Assembly: GCA_963799005.1 (NCBI GenBank)
Contig: CAWCVK010000001.1
Span: 2,081,746 to 2,145,745, forward strand
Source: Candidatus Dormiibacterota bacterium
GTDB lineage: Bacteria > Chloroflexota > Dormibacteria > Aeolococcales > Aeolococcaceae
Direction: 5' to 3'
Length of the DNA: 64,000 bases
Within the stretch, counting starts at the first letter, position 1, and each line of letters begins with the position of its first letter. Below, in pieces: positions 32,659-45,540 of the stretch. The notes under the pieces are model-generated. The model was not told the origin of the DNA. It ran no database searches and saw only the letters and a program-made list of their open reading frames with translations. A program made the translations under genes and the position numbers.

Positions 32659-33581
32659 TCATCGCAAGGGGCTCGGTCGCATCACCCGTGTATACCCGAC
32701 AAACTGGCGCACCTTCCAGTCCTTCTTGTTCTCGCTGTGGAGGAAGAGCGTCGTTCGCCAGCGATTCTGTCCACCCTGGTCGGTGTACGCCAGCGTTGCA
32801 GTCGGCGATTGTGCCTGCTGCACAGCGTTGATCAGCGGCTGCAGGTCTGCGCGATCCATGGGCAGGTTGAAGATGACGAGAGTGAGTTCCTGAGCCGCGA
32901 TGATTGACCGCGACATCGATGCTGGATTCCAGCTGACCCCTCCGCCAGAGAGATCGGCGCCAACGACGAACGCTGGGCCAGCGCCGATGTTCCGAAAAGG
33001 GATGCGACACACGAGCTGTGAGGCCTGGTTATCGATGAACACATCCACCTGGCCGTGATCAACACGCACCAACTCCGATGGCCTGTTCTCCAGCTTCTCG
33101 ATGTACTGGCCACCTGGCACATCCGTCAAGAGCGGCCGCCAGGACGCCTCGAGGCTGGTCTGCGCGATAGCCGCCTGCTGAAGCGTTGCGGTCACTTGCG
33201 CCTGCGCGATCTCGACCTGTCGTTGGGCCTGTTGCAACGTCGCCTGGGCAACCTGCGTCTCGGCGAGCCCTGCACTCACGGCCTGTCTTGTGTACGCAGC
33301 GAGAACGAAAGTGCCGACGGCCAGCAAACCGGTGAGGCCGCCGGCGAGCAGAGCCACGATGTCTGCGGTTGAGAGCGAGCTCTGCTTTGAGAGCGGTGGC
33401 AATACCGGGACTGGGACCGCGAGAAGGAGAAGTACCGGACCACCACGAGCAGGAGCGCCAAGAGCGCGAGCGGAACGATCAGCACGATCGCCCAAACTGG
33501 AAACGGCGGTCGTTTCGCTAGGGCGGTACCGACGAAGGGATTCGGCGCCAAAAATGCAGTTTCTGCTGCCTCATCCGCCAT
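32659..33581 (-). CDS. Hypothetical membrane protein (TM, coiled coil, beta-rich domain), frameshift near 33420
   Basis: Hydrophobic segments, Gln/Ala coil, FRNIGAGPA; follows hsdM. Confidence 0.6.
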
Positions 33582-35060
33582 GCACGGTATCCGTCGAAAC
33601 CACCGATCTCGCACGAAGCGAAGCGCTGATCTCTGCGAAGTCTGCGAGGGTCGCTTCCAACTCCGCCGCGATTTCCTCTGCGAGGAGCATTGGGTCCGGA
33701 AGGTTGTCGGCGCTTTCGACGGACTCGTCTGCGATCCAGGTGATGTCGAGATCGACCTTCTCGCGAAGGATGAGGTCCGCGTATTCGAAGTAGTGGAAGC
33801 GATCAGACTCCGCGCGCTCATGCCGCGCTCCGGCCTGGTAGCAGGCCACAAAGTCGCGAAGGTCCGCGTCTTGGAGCGGGTTCTCCTTGAGGGCGAAGTG
33901 CTGGTTGGTACGAAGGTCATAGATCCACACCTGGCTCGTCGCCGGTTCCGCAGCCGCCGCGCGGCGCTGGAAGAACAGGACGTTGGCTTTGACGCCTTGC
34001 TTGTAGAACAGGCCTGTGGGCAAGCGGAGGATGGTGTGCAGGTCGCAATCGTGGAGAAGCTTGCGTCGGATCTTCTCGCCTGCCCCACCCTCAAAGAGGA
34101 CGTTGTCTGGGAGTACCACGGCGGCGGTCCGTTGACCTTCATGAGCGTTTTGATGTGTTGAAGGAAGTTGAGTTGCTTGTTGCTCGTCGAAGCCCAAAAG
34201 TCGTCCCGTCTGATGACCGCATCGTCGCGATCCTCGTCCCCCTCGATGTTCACGAAGGTCGAGGCGCTCTTTCCCGATGGGGGATTGGTCAGCACCATGT
34301 CAAAGCGATCGCCAGGATCACCCTTGAGGAAGTCGACTACACGAATCGGAGAGTCGCCATGCAGCATGGCCGATGCCGTGCAGCAGGAAGTTCATCGCGC
34401 ACAGTCGCGCAGTCACATCCACGATCTCCCACCCAGCGAACACCTCGTCACGCGGAACCGCTTTTGATCACGGTCGAGGTCAAAGTGGCCTGCGATGTAA
34501 TCCTTCGCGGCCAACAAGAATCCACCTGTGCCGCAGGCAGGATCCGCGATGCGCTGATCCGGCTTCGGCTGCATCACCTCGACGATGGCCCGGATGAGCG
34601 GCCGCGGGGTGAAGTACTGGCCGGCGCCCGTTTTTGTGTCCGATGCTCCGCGCTCGAGCAGCCCTTCGTAGGCATCGCCTTTGACGTCCTGATCGAGGGA
34701 CATCCACTGCGTCGGCGCCATCAGGTTGATCATGATCGTGCGCAACTTGGCCGGATCCTGGATCTTGTTCTGCGCTTTCCGGTAGATGGTCCCCAGCATC
34801 CCGGGACGCTTGCCGAGCTCGGTGAGGATGTGCCGGTAGTGGACCTCGAGCGCGTCACCGTCGCGGTCCAGTAGCGACTGCCAGTCCAGCCCTTCCGGGA
34901 CGATCGGGGCGTCGTTGAATGGCGGCTTCGCCAGTTCATCGGCCATCTTCAGAAAGAGCAAGAAAGTGAGTTGCTCGACATACTCGATCGTCGAGACCCC
35001 GTCGTCGCGCAGCACGGTGCAGTAGTTGTACAGTCGCTGAACAAGAGCGGTTGGATTCAT
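33571..35060 (-). CDS. hsdM: Type I R-M N6-adenine methyltransferase, frameshifted
   Basis: YVEQLTFLLFLKM, GAGQYFTPRPLI, DPACGTGGFL, LTNPP, TILRLPTGLFY. Confidence 0.93.
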
Positions 35061-36383
35061 GCGTCCAGATCCCCCGTGGGCTGCGCAAACTCGGCCACCC
35101 GTCCCGTCGCGAGGCCGACACCGACGGTGTCAATCGGGCCGTCAACAGTCGGGAACAGGCGTCCGCTGAAAGCGGCAAAGAGAAGGCTTGCTCGGAGCCG
35201 ATCAGCTAACCGGGAAGCTCTCTGCAAACCGGACACAACATACTTGTCGCTCGCATCAAAGTCGGACATGACTTGGAACAGCTTGCTTGCTCATCGAGCG
35301 TCGGAAGCGGCAAGGTTATTCCTTCGAGGATTGGCTGGTTCACCTTGAGTATCCCCGCCGTAGTCCGAGCCGCACGTTCGATCTGGCGCCTCACACCGAC
35401 CCAATCCCAGACATGCTGAACATACTGTGGCATGGCGCGTTCGGGGTCGATTCGGGCGCGAATCATTGTGTCGGGGAAGGCCACCTCGTCGTCGCTACTA
35501 ACTAACCCACCGCGGCCAACGAGATCTCTGCTGCCGTTGCCTCTCACAATCAGGAAGTCGCCCTTCTTGATCTTGAATCTCGACGCACCCCTCTCGACCA
35601 GTCTCCGATCTTGGACTGCGTCGTATCGATGGCCCCGTTCCTCACCGCCGTCAATCGAAGCACCCGAAACCCGGTGGAGGCATCCTTGACCGATCGACCA
35701 TTGATGAGTGGCTCGGACAGGATCTCGGCGAGGGTCATTGATGGCCATGAACGATGGGTCAGTTCGGCTTCGAGCAGCGAACGCCGGAAGAGTGTGGTGT
35801 GACGGGGGCCCAATTCGCCGAAGATTCATGGTGCCCCGGTCAACGCGGGTGAGTTCTTCATCGACGGCATCAACGATTGCGTCCTGCTCTGCGCGCGAGG
35901 GGAGTGGCACACTCCAACCGTTCATCGCAGCGGTCCCAGGTGGCGTACGCCGACCCCGCGCCATGCTGCCGCGAATCCCCCGGTGAGCGCATCCCCCGCA
36001 CAGAAACAGATATCGTAGAAATTCAGAACTCACGACCTTCGTATTCGGACGTACCCTGAGAAGCGTGTTCTGAAAGCAGCATCCGTCCAGGTCGTTCCGC
36101 CAAATTGCAGGCTTGCCGACTTCATGCGGTGATCCGGATGCTTCACCCAAGACAACGTCGCCGTGGCGCAGGCGATAGATCTCTTGCTCCTGCGGTGTGA
36201 AATTCATCGACTTCACGTCGCTCAGGTCCAATCCGTCCCACGTGACATTCGCAGCGCGGAGATACGGAACCATGTTTGGACCGGTGTGGTTCTTGGGTGA
36301 ACGTTGTCTTTTCCGAGTCGGACCTCAGCAACACTGGCGAGTGGAACGCACTTCCAGGGTGCCGACGTCCGCAGTGAGGTCAT
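35057..36383 (-). CDS. hsdS: Type I R-M specificity subunit, frameshifted
   Basis: Two TRDs with VPLPSRAEQDAIV and LPLPTLDEQ; terminal LRASLLFAAFSGRL; ATGA overlap with hsdR. Confidence 0.88.
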
Positions 36384-39223
36384 GCCGCCACTGCATCGTT
36401 CAGGTCGTTCAGCAACTTCGGCAGTTCTGACCCGAACGCATCCGTTGCCGCGCCAAGTCCACCATGCTCCACAAACGGCACATAGACGAAATCATCCACC
36501 TCGATAGTCAGACTGGTGGCGAGATGATCGCGAATCCGGTCGAGCCACACCAACTGCTCCCGAGTGAACGCTCGCCCAGCCTGCTCCTGCTGCATCAACC
36601 AATTATCGAAACGCTGACGCACCGTCTCGCTAAACGGCACGAGCTCGCTCTCCTGCTCAAGCGCAAAACGCACGAGGGAGACGAGGTCGGTGAGCACGCG
36701 CCCGCCGACCATGAACGCGCCACTTGTCGAAGGTCTCGTACGCCTTCCACAAGCGCTCGGAAGTCCAACGGAGGGCGACCGATCGCACTAGCCGAACTCC
36801 TTGATCTCAGCGTGGGTAAGGCGTTGTCCGAACGGCCGGCTGTAGAGGATCTGCAAGGCCGTGATGCTGCCCTTGTTGTCCTCGATGTACTGCTTCCAGG
36901 ACTGCACCATTGTCGCCCGCACCTTGGCATCAACAGAAAAACCAGACGACAGCACCTCGTCCTGCGACGTCTGATCGATCAACTGCTCATACGACTTGCG
37001 AACATCGACGATCTTCTTGCGCAGGTCCGGATTCGACGCCAAAGGCTCAAGCGCGGCTTCGATAAGTCGGTGCTCGATATGCATGAGCTCCTCGACGGTC
37101 GGTTCGGCGATGCCCTCCGCAACCGCCACCTCCAACTGGTGGTCAGGATCGATCGCCTCCACCAGTCCCCTGACGAGCTCCGAGATCTCAACCCCGCCGG
37201 CAGCATATCCAGCTCCTCCGATCGTGCTTGGTAAGCCGCTGATTCAACCGCGCGAGGCGGGAGGCCAGCGTGCTCGCGAGTTCGAGCGTTCGGTCGCCGG
37301 AAGCGACCTGTTGCAGGAGCTTCTCAAGAGGAACCGTGGGCCTGCGGTCGAGCGGGATCGTCTCCTGCCGGTCCTGACGCATGACCCCGACCGTGTCCAC
37401 AATCACGAAGCGATCCTTGATCGCGTCCGCACCCACTTCACCGCCTGCAGATCCGTGTCATCGATGACGCGAATACCGCGACCCTTCATCTGCTCGAAGT
37501 AGCCGCGGCTGCGGACATCGGCGCAGGAAGAGGAGGCATCTCCAGCGGCTTGATGTCGGTGCCGGTGGCGATCATGTCGACGGTGACGGCGATTCGCGGA
37601 GTTGCGGCGAGGTGCGGAATTCCTGGATGAGGTCTTCGGACCGTTGCACTGCGTCTCGGGTTGTAGGCTTGTAGGTGATCTTCTTGGCGAAGTCGTTGCC
37701 CCTTGCCGAAGACTTCGCGGACGATGTGGACGATGTCCTCGGCATTGGGGTGGACTAGCTTGGCGAAGACGAGGGTCTTGGGGAACTCCTCTTGCGACCC
37801 CGGAAAGATTTCGGTCTGCGCTACATCCCGAAGGTGTCCCAAATAAGGTCCGGATCTGATCATCAGAGAGGACTGCCTCCCGGTCCAGAGCGCTTTGGCG
37901 TCGTATGTGAAGTCCTCATCGAGCATCTCGGTGCGAAGCTCTCCGGGTGACGCCGGTTGGCGGAACTTGTAGTGACGAGCCCAGCTTTCGACTACGGAGC
38001 CCTTGACGGTGATGCGGGTTCGCAGGTGCGTTACGCATCGAAATCGACATTGACGCGGTCGGCAACCGCCTCGGGATGGCTATATTCGAAGGCCGAGGTA
38101 CTGGTCGAAGAATCCAACGCCTGCTTGGTCGGCGTCGCGGTCAACCCGATCTGGAAGGCGTCGAAGTACTCGAGCACCTGGCTCCAAACTCCGAAGATCG
38201 ATCGATGCCCCTCGTCGATGAAGGATGAAGTCGAAGAACTCGGGCGGGACGGCCGGGATGTAGCCAACCGTCACCGGGGCCTTCGGGGCGACCTTTCCTC
38301 CGGGTCGAGGGTCTTCAAGCTCGGGGTCCAACTCCGCTTCTCCGCGAAGAATGGAGTACAGCCGCTGGACGGTGCAGATGACCACCTTGGCCGCTGGATT
38401 GATGGTGTTCGCTCGTTGGATTCGCTGGACGCCGTACAACTCGGTGAACTCCGACCCATCGTCGGGAGTGATGAATTTCTCGAATTCCTCAATCGCGTGC
38501 TTGCCGAGATGGCCGCGATCGACCATGAACAGGGGCACACCGGTGGGCGCCGCCGAACTTGACTAAGTCGATACGCCTCGGCGACTGCCAGGGTGGTCTT
38601 GCCTCTGCACCCATGGTCATCTGGACCAACAGGCGGGGGTCATTGCGCGCCAACGAGGCCTCAATGGCTTTGAGGGCTCGGAACTGTGTCGTCCCACAAC
38701 CCGGTGGGACTGAGTTCCGGGAGGATCTGCAACCGGGCCCGAAGCGAAGGAGCTCCGGGGCTCAGGTCGGCTTCCACGGAGCCACCGGGCCATCGTCTCT
38801 GGCCGGTGGAACCCGAAGACCCGCCGGCTGCGAGGCTCAGGATCGAGGAGGTTGGTGAACTGGATCTCGTTGTATCCCATCTCGTCGAGGAAGGGAAGGG
38901 GCCGCCGCGGCGGGTCCAGCTTCTCGGGCAACCCAACGCTGTACTTGCCGGTCTGGCTCTCGACCTTGGAGAGGGTCTCGCCGGTCTTCTTCGGCTTCAG
39001 CCACGCCGACCGCGTGAGCGGCATTGAAGAGCAGATAGTCAGACGTGCCATGCCCGGGTGCCATCCGGAACTCACGGACGGCGACGCCCTCCTGGGCGTA
39101 GAGGTTCATCGTTTTGTACTTCTGGACTGCGAATCCGGATGCTTTCAGGCGCACATCGATCTTGACGCGCGCCCGAGCCTCGGCAGTGAGGTAGGTGTCG
39201 TCGTCGGCGGCGGCGTCGGTCAT
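36380..39223 (-). CDS. hsdR: Type I restriction endonuclease R subunit, many frameshifts
   Basis: TAEARARVKID, FIDEGHRSI, IGLTATP, IAVTVDMIATGTDIKPLE, and an EcoEI-R-like C-terminus. Confidence 0.9.
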
Positions 39224-39434
39224 CGCAGGGGCATCTCCTTCCCAGCCTAGTCGGAGGCCAGTTTGGCAAGAGCGCTGACCATGGCTCAACCCTAGCGGGC
39301 GCAAGCCTTCGATCGAACCCTTGACCCGAGTTCCGCGCACCTTCGCAGGCTCTCCGGCCACTGGCTCCGAATGCCTTTAGTGTTCTCGGCAATTCGGCAA
39401 CAAGCGCTCTCGGAGCACGGCGTACGATCGGCGA

Positions 39435-40174
39435 ATGCCGTCAAAGGAAGTCGAGCGTGCCGTTTTCGACCTGTGCCGGGAAGCGGTTCCGGGGTTTCCC
39501 GACGGGCAGGTAAAGGACCATGATTCCGGACTTCCTGGTGAGGAGCGAGGATCGAACCATCGGCGTCGAGATGCAGGAGTTCATCCAGGGCGCGGGGAAG
39601 GATGGGGCCCCGGCGCGGCAAGCTGAAGGTGTCCGGGACGCGATCATGGGCAAGGCGCAGGCGCAGTTCGAGGCGCGCAATCCGGGCAGCTATCCCCATG
39701 TGTATCCGTATTGGGTGCGGCCAGTGTCAGGGCAGATTCGCACTCCGCGCGACCTCCCCGCGAGGATCTGCGCGCTGGTCGAAAGTGTCGTTCGTGAGCC
39801 CGCCCAGGAGGGCGATGTCATGACCAAACGTGATGTGAGCTACCCCGATCTAGAGGCAGCAGGCCTCGAGGGCTGGCTGACACACCTGACCGTATACCTG
39901 TATGCGCCCGCGACCTACGGCCTGTGGAGTTCCTCGGAGTGGGGGTATGTCAGCCAGGACCTACTGGCTTTGGCTGATCAGGTACGCGAAGGACATGAAA
40001 CTGCCCGCGTACCATGCTGCATGCGACGAAATCTGGCTCGTGCTCTACGCGAGGGCATCTCCATCGGGGAGTTTCGACATGGATGTCCTCGAAGGAAAGC
40101 GGCTGTTATCAGTGTTTGATCATGTGGTCTTTCTGGATGTTGTTTCAAAGCGGTACGTAATGCTGGCAGGCTAG
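39435..40174 (+). CDS. Hypothetical PD-(D/E)xK-like protein, frameshifted
   Basis: PDFLV...IGVEMQE and K..Y..CDEIWLVLY. Confidence 0.55.
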
Positions 40175-40247
40175 CCAGGTTGCGCGAGGCCGGGGCTGAT
40201 GCGCTGATGCGCTGGCTATCGGTCACCACGAAAGCCATCGACTAGAC

Positions 40248-41262
40248 ATGTTCTATGGCGCTCTCCGCGACGAACTCATGCGCAAGCATGGCAAACAGCT
40301 TCCAGCTGATCGACCGGAGTACTGGGAGTTGGCGACGTCTTCCGACCGAGCGGCGCAACGCATGTGGCTCAACGATGTGCTGGCTCGCATGCCACCGGAA
40401 ACGGGACAACGCCTCTTCGAGAACATCTGCGATTCGGGTCGCTTCGTACCGACCTACAACGAGGCCGCAGTCGCCTCGATCCTGCTGGACGCGTTCGTGA
40501 AGGTCGAGTACGAGCCGACCTTGAACGGGCAGACCCCGGACCTCGTCGTGCGTTCCGATGACGGTGCGGTGCAGCTGATCGTCGAAGTTGCCAACCGCTT
40601 GCTCCCAGAGGCCGCGGATGCGAAGGCGAAACGGTGGGAACAGTGCGCGGCCGACTGCAACGCTGGGCGGCTCCCTGGCTGGTGCGCGGCATCAGGGTGG
40701 AGGACCACGATGCGCCAACCGCCGATGTCATCCGGCCGATGGCGACGTTGCTGGGACGATGGCTTTCGAGAGCGGACGCGGCCCAATGGGACGAATGTCG
40801 GGTCGGCGACTTCGGGTTCGTGATCATGCAGCGTTTGCCGGGAGTCACGCCGACCTGCTGATACCGCACAGCGAACTCTGGTCCACCAGCGATCGACTGG
40901 TGCCCATCGTCACCGAGAAGGTCAACAAGTACGCGAGTCTGTGCGCTGACCTTGGTGTGCCACTCGTGGTGGTTGTCGCTGCCGATCCCCGATCGTCGGT
41001 CACTGTCGATACTGTTCGTGGAGCCGTAACCGGAGCCCTGACGTTGTCGATGAAGCTGGACATGTTCGCCGATGGCCCGACGTCATCGGGGCCGCTGAAA
41101 CTACATCAAACCGACGAGGCCCGGCGGTGGCATCCGTGCCTGTCCGCGGTTGGATGGTTGCAGGCTGGGATCGACGATCCTGGAACGCTCACGCTATTCA
41201 GCCATCAGTACGCGAGTTCCACAGCCGACGTGCCGGTCGGCGGACGCATCGTCTCCGGGTGA
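40248..41262 (+). CDS. Hypothetical PD-(D/E)xK-like protein, frameshifted
   Basis: YNEAAVA...YEP...TPDLVV...LIVEV; EKVNKY...PLVVVV. Confidence 0.55.
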
Positions 41263-41625
41263 CAGGGAGCGGTTCCGTCGGCAATGACGGGCATCTAGGG
41301 TTGGAGGGGTTGCTTCGGGAATTGGAGGTCGTTTGATGGGCGCAGGGGCGAGCTGGCATTTGACAACGACACGTCCAATGACCTTCAAACTGCCCGATGG
41401 TGATCAGCAGATCGGGGCGTGCCAGCTCTAGCACTTGCGACCAGAAGTTGGACAGCCCCCCGACTTCGCAACTGGAACGATGGGCTCTTGAAGGCCACCC
41501 CAGCGATCACACGCGAACCCGACAGCTGTCTTGAATGCCGATGCAACTGCGCGGCGTGATCAGATGGGCAGCCCGGATCGGACGCACGTCTACATTGACA
41601 ATCGCCTGCCCTAGCAGATCAGCCG

Positions 41626-42038
41626 TCAAGAAACGGCCATGGCGTACCGGTTGGATCCCATGCGGACAAAACGCCTCGTGTTTCGCTGCAACGTAATGCG
41701 CACAATCCGGGTGGCATTGCGTTGCTCCTTCATCGCGGCACCTTGATCAGCACCTGGGTGATCACTGGGGCGCTGAGTGGCTGAGGAGAGCGACGGAGCA
41801 CCATTTCGCATAGATCGCTCACTGCCAGCGTCTGATTGTGCCGCTCGGGAACCGTTGGGAACTGACGCTGAAGGTCTGCCACTAGTCGATGCAGCGAGAG
41901 AGAACTTCCTTCGATGCGCCTCTGCGCTTCAACCTCAAGACGAAGGCGCTGGCGAGCTTGATTTAGCGATGTGATCGTTCGCTCCAAATGATCTAAACGT
42001 TGCTCAAGTTCAATGAGAGAGGCTTCGCGCGAGGCCAT
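41626..42038 (-). CDS. Coiled-coil plus winged-helix (HARE-HTH-like) protein, frameshift near 41735
   Basis: N-terminal heptads, then LCEMVLRRSPQPLSAPVI and RFVRMGSNRYAM. Confidence 0.5.
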
Positions 42039-42301
42039 GGCAGCGGAGTATTGCACAGGTTGTCCACAGCTTCCCGGTGGGGGGAAGCGGTAGGAGCGGC
42101 GTCGGCATGGATTTTGATACGCTCCCGACCAACAACGCAGCCGAAGTTTCAGTCGAGGACGCAGTAGTGGCAGCAACGTCGAGCCTGCCTCAGTCTCATT
42201 CCGCGTGGTCGCCTTCGCCTCGGCGATGCAGGGGGACGACGCCGGGCATACGGGAGTTCGCGCCCCGCGAGCTCGGAGCTTGAGGCGCGAAGCCCGCACG
42301 A

Positions 42302-42940
42302 ATGCATCCATTCGCGATTGACACGAGCGAACGAACGTGGACGATCGTCGCCCTGGGTGTCCTCGCGGTCTTGGTTTCCGCGGGCTTCGCCCCGTTTCAC
42401 CTCGGCGCACATTGATGTGCCGTGGTTTGTTGGAACACCCACACCTCTCGCCGTATTCGGCGTGCTGTTCGCTGCGTTTGAGCGGTGGGGTTGGCACGGA
42501 AGACTTGGGAACATGCGTCTCTCGCGAGTGCCCGATCTCAGAGGGAGGTGGGTTGGAAACATCAAGGCCAATCCCGACGGCCACGAGCTCGACGTACCGG
42601 TTCGCTGCTATGTCCGGCAGACATGGCAGCGCATCTGCGTCGAAATGGAAACTGCGACATCATGTTCAACGTCGCAGATCGCGTCGTTCGACATCTCGAC
42701 TGGCGCGCGTCCGACGCTGGTCTACACGTACCTCAATGAGCCGCTCGTGGGCACCGTTCCCAGCATGCAGGCGCATCGCGGTACGACACAGCTCCAGCTC
42801 TCGACCGATGGTCGTCGGCTGCAAGGTGATTACTACAGCGGCCGGGGTCGGGCTGCGATGGGAACCATCGAACTTGGCTTGAGTCTCGCGACATCAGTGA
42901 TCACGCCCAGGCCACGAATGTCGTCAAGCTCGTGGAGGAT
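42302..42940 (+). CDS. cap15: CBASS 2TM-beta-barrel effector (Cap15/S2TM-beta), frameshifted
   Basis: MHPFAIDTSER start, 2 TM, PDLRGRWVG, RQTW, YTYLNEP, HRG, LQGDYYSGR. Confidence 0.85.
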
Positions 42941-43901
42941 GCCGGTGGAGTTAACAACGGATTTCAACAATTCCTCGAGCAGATCCAGCTGGGTGCACTG
43001 CCTGAGGGTCGCATTGAGAGCGCATGGTTGCGATTGCACGAGTACCTTGCCACTGGCTTTGGCATCACACGTGGAGAGGTATTTCTGCAGGGGTCGTACG
43101 CGAACGACACTGCAGTGAAGCCGGCACGCTCCACCGATGAGTACGACATCGACGTGGTTGTGATGTGTTCGGTTGCAACGACTCGGCCAACGCCGCTCTG
43201 GAACGTCTCGAAGCGAAGCTCGGCGAAGACGCTGACTACCGGAAGCGAATCGAACCCAAGAACCCGTGTGTCCGTCTCCATTACGCTTCGGACGAATCCG
43301 GGTACTTCCATATCGACATCGTGCCTGCGCGCACCGCTACTGCTGCCCCGATCGAGATCCCCCGTCGCGGTAATGGCTGGAAGGACAATGATCCCGAGGG
43401 GTATCGGATCTGGTGCGAGAGCCAGGGCCCGCAGTTTGCACGTACCGTGCGCATGCTCAAACGTTGGCGTGACGTCCATCAGGGGCAGCGTCGGGGCGTG
43501 AAATGATCGTGCTGCAGGTCATGGTTGCCAATGCGATGGTTCATGGCCAGACCGATGCAGCAACCGTCGCGCGGGTTTTGCGTGCCATCGCCTCGACACT
43601 CGCGGCGCATCCCGACGCACCTGCTGCGCTACCGCACCCGGTTCTACGAAGGGAAAATCTGACGGCGAACTGGCCTGAGAATGACTACCGGGAGTTCCGT
43701 CGCAACGTCACCGAGGCCGCAGCTCTGGCCGAGTCAGCACTTGCGGACGCTGACGAAGCGTCAAGCCACCGCCAATGGCGGGAACTGTTTGGCGACGCCT
43801 TTCCACCATATCGCGGTCCTTCACGCATGCCACCGCCCGTTCCACCACCTGGGTATGAGAGGACGCCGCAGCAGCCACCACGCCAACAGCGATATGGATG
43901 A
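42939..43901 (+). CDS. CBASS cyclic oligonucleotide synthase (CD-NTase/SMODS), frameshifted
   Basis: FLQGSYANDTAVKP, EYDIDVV, FHIDIVPA, VRMLKRWRD; ends QQRYG. Confidence 0.9.
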
Positions 43902-45540
43902 CGCCGGTACCTGACTGGTCGGCGGAGCATCCGGAGCGGTTCGACTGGGAGATGGAGCAGTTCACTGCCCGCGGACTCGATGTGCGGACGGAGGTCACGC
44001 CCGACGGACTACGTGGGCCACAACCGAGCTCTGTATAGAAGGAAGCTGGATTCCGATCACGATCAGGTACCCGCGTCACTATCCTGATGGACCGCCGAAG
44101 TTCTATGCGGCCGAGGGCACGCTGCTCGCCATCAAAGGCCCGATGGGGGAAACCTTCCGTAGAGGATGAGGCGAACTGGTGGCCCTGGATGAGTGCGGCC
44201 GAGATCGTCGACGAGGAGTTGCGCTCGTTGCTTGAGGACACGGCGGCCGGAGCTGATCGCGTCGCCGCCAATGAAGCAGACATGCCGGAACCGTTATCGG
44301 CCCTCTTCACGTACACCCGGGATTGGTCTTCCTCGTACCGGATCCCATGTGGGCACCGACGCCGCAGTCGGCGTTCGGGAATATGCGCTTTACATCACTC
44401 AATAGAACCGGACTCCAGAGCCTCGTCCTGCAAGCAGATGGCTTCGGTAGCATTGGTGCTCGCTTGCGTGAGCGCTTACAACCAGGTGGATCTCCGGAAC
44501 GACGCGGCTACTGGGTTCATTTGGATCCACCACCCAGCCCAGGGTGGAAGGACTACTCGAGCGTTGCCGCGAGGCCAACCCGGACCTGGAGCGTCGCGCG
44601 AGAGATAAGGCACCGAAAGGGCTGGACACGTGCTGGGTGGGCGTCCGCTTTTCTGAGGAGGGTCCCCGTCGCGATGACGTGCGCATCGCCTGGCTGTTCG
44701 CGGAGGTGGAGTCCCGGCGGGGTCGTCCGGCGCGGGTGACACGGCTTGCTCCCGCCCAGGCACTCACAAGTAGCGAGCGCCAACGTCGAATCCCCGAGTT
44801 ATCGGGATTCGCCGCGACGAGGGTTGTTCTCGTTGGCGCTGGCTCAGTGGGTGCGCCTGTGGCGCTGGAGCTGGCGAGGGCTGGGGTTGGGCGACTGGAC
44901 ATTTACGACGACGACGACTATGACGTCAACAACGCCGTCCGACACGTGCTGCCCGTTACTTGGGGTGGAATCTCCAAGGCTGAGGCGGTCACCGCAACGT
45001 GCCACGGGGTCAATCCGTTCATCGACGTGCATCCCCACTACGTGTCGGTGGGTGGCGGCAATGAGGCACGGACGGAAGAGTTGGTGGGGAACTCATTCGT
45101 GAGGCGCACGTCGTCATCGACACGACCGGCGTTCCGTCCGTATCTCGGCTGCTTCAGCGAACCACGAACGATGCTAGCGTGCCGCTGATCACCGCCGCTG
45201 TGACGGCTGGTGGCTACGGTGCTGAAGTATTGGTCTCGCAGCCACACGGACCGTGCCGCGACTGCCTCGTTTTCGCACAGCGAGATGGGGTCGTCCCGCG
45301 CCCACCCGCAGCCGAGGAGTCGAACGTCACGCCGTTAGGGTGCTCACACCCGGCCTTCATCGGCGCCGGGTTTAGAGTCTTCGGAGCTCGCTGCGGTGGT
45401 CGCCCGAATCGCTGCCGGCCTAGCGCCAGCAACCCAGTACCCGGACCCCGAGTTCAACTGGATGGTGCTTAACTTTCGAGGCGAGCCTATCCGTCAACGG
45501 GGAACGTTGGGGGATTCACGCTGATTGCCGGCGCCACTGA
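43898..45540 (+). CDS. cap2: CBASS E2-E1 (ThiF) fusion, frameshifted
   Basis: HYPDGPP E2-like start; VGAGSVGA, NNAVRH, GPCRDC, LGCSHPAF. Confidence 0.85.

Noticed and set aside
41262-41625. Possible gene remnant between the nuclease and wHTH genes
   Set aside because: No coherent reading frame or motif could be supported.
44460-44482. TGTAAGCG on the minus strand inside cap2
   Set aside because: Only a half site, intragenic, with no correctly spaced second repeat.
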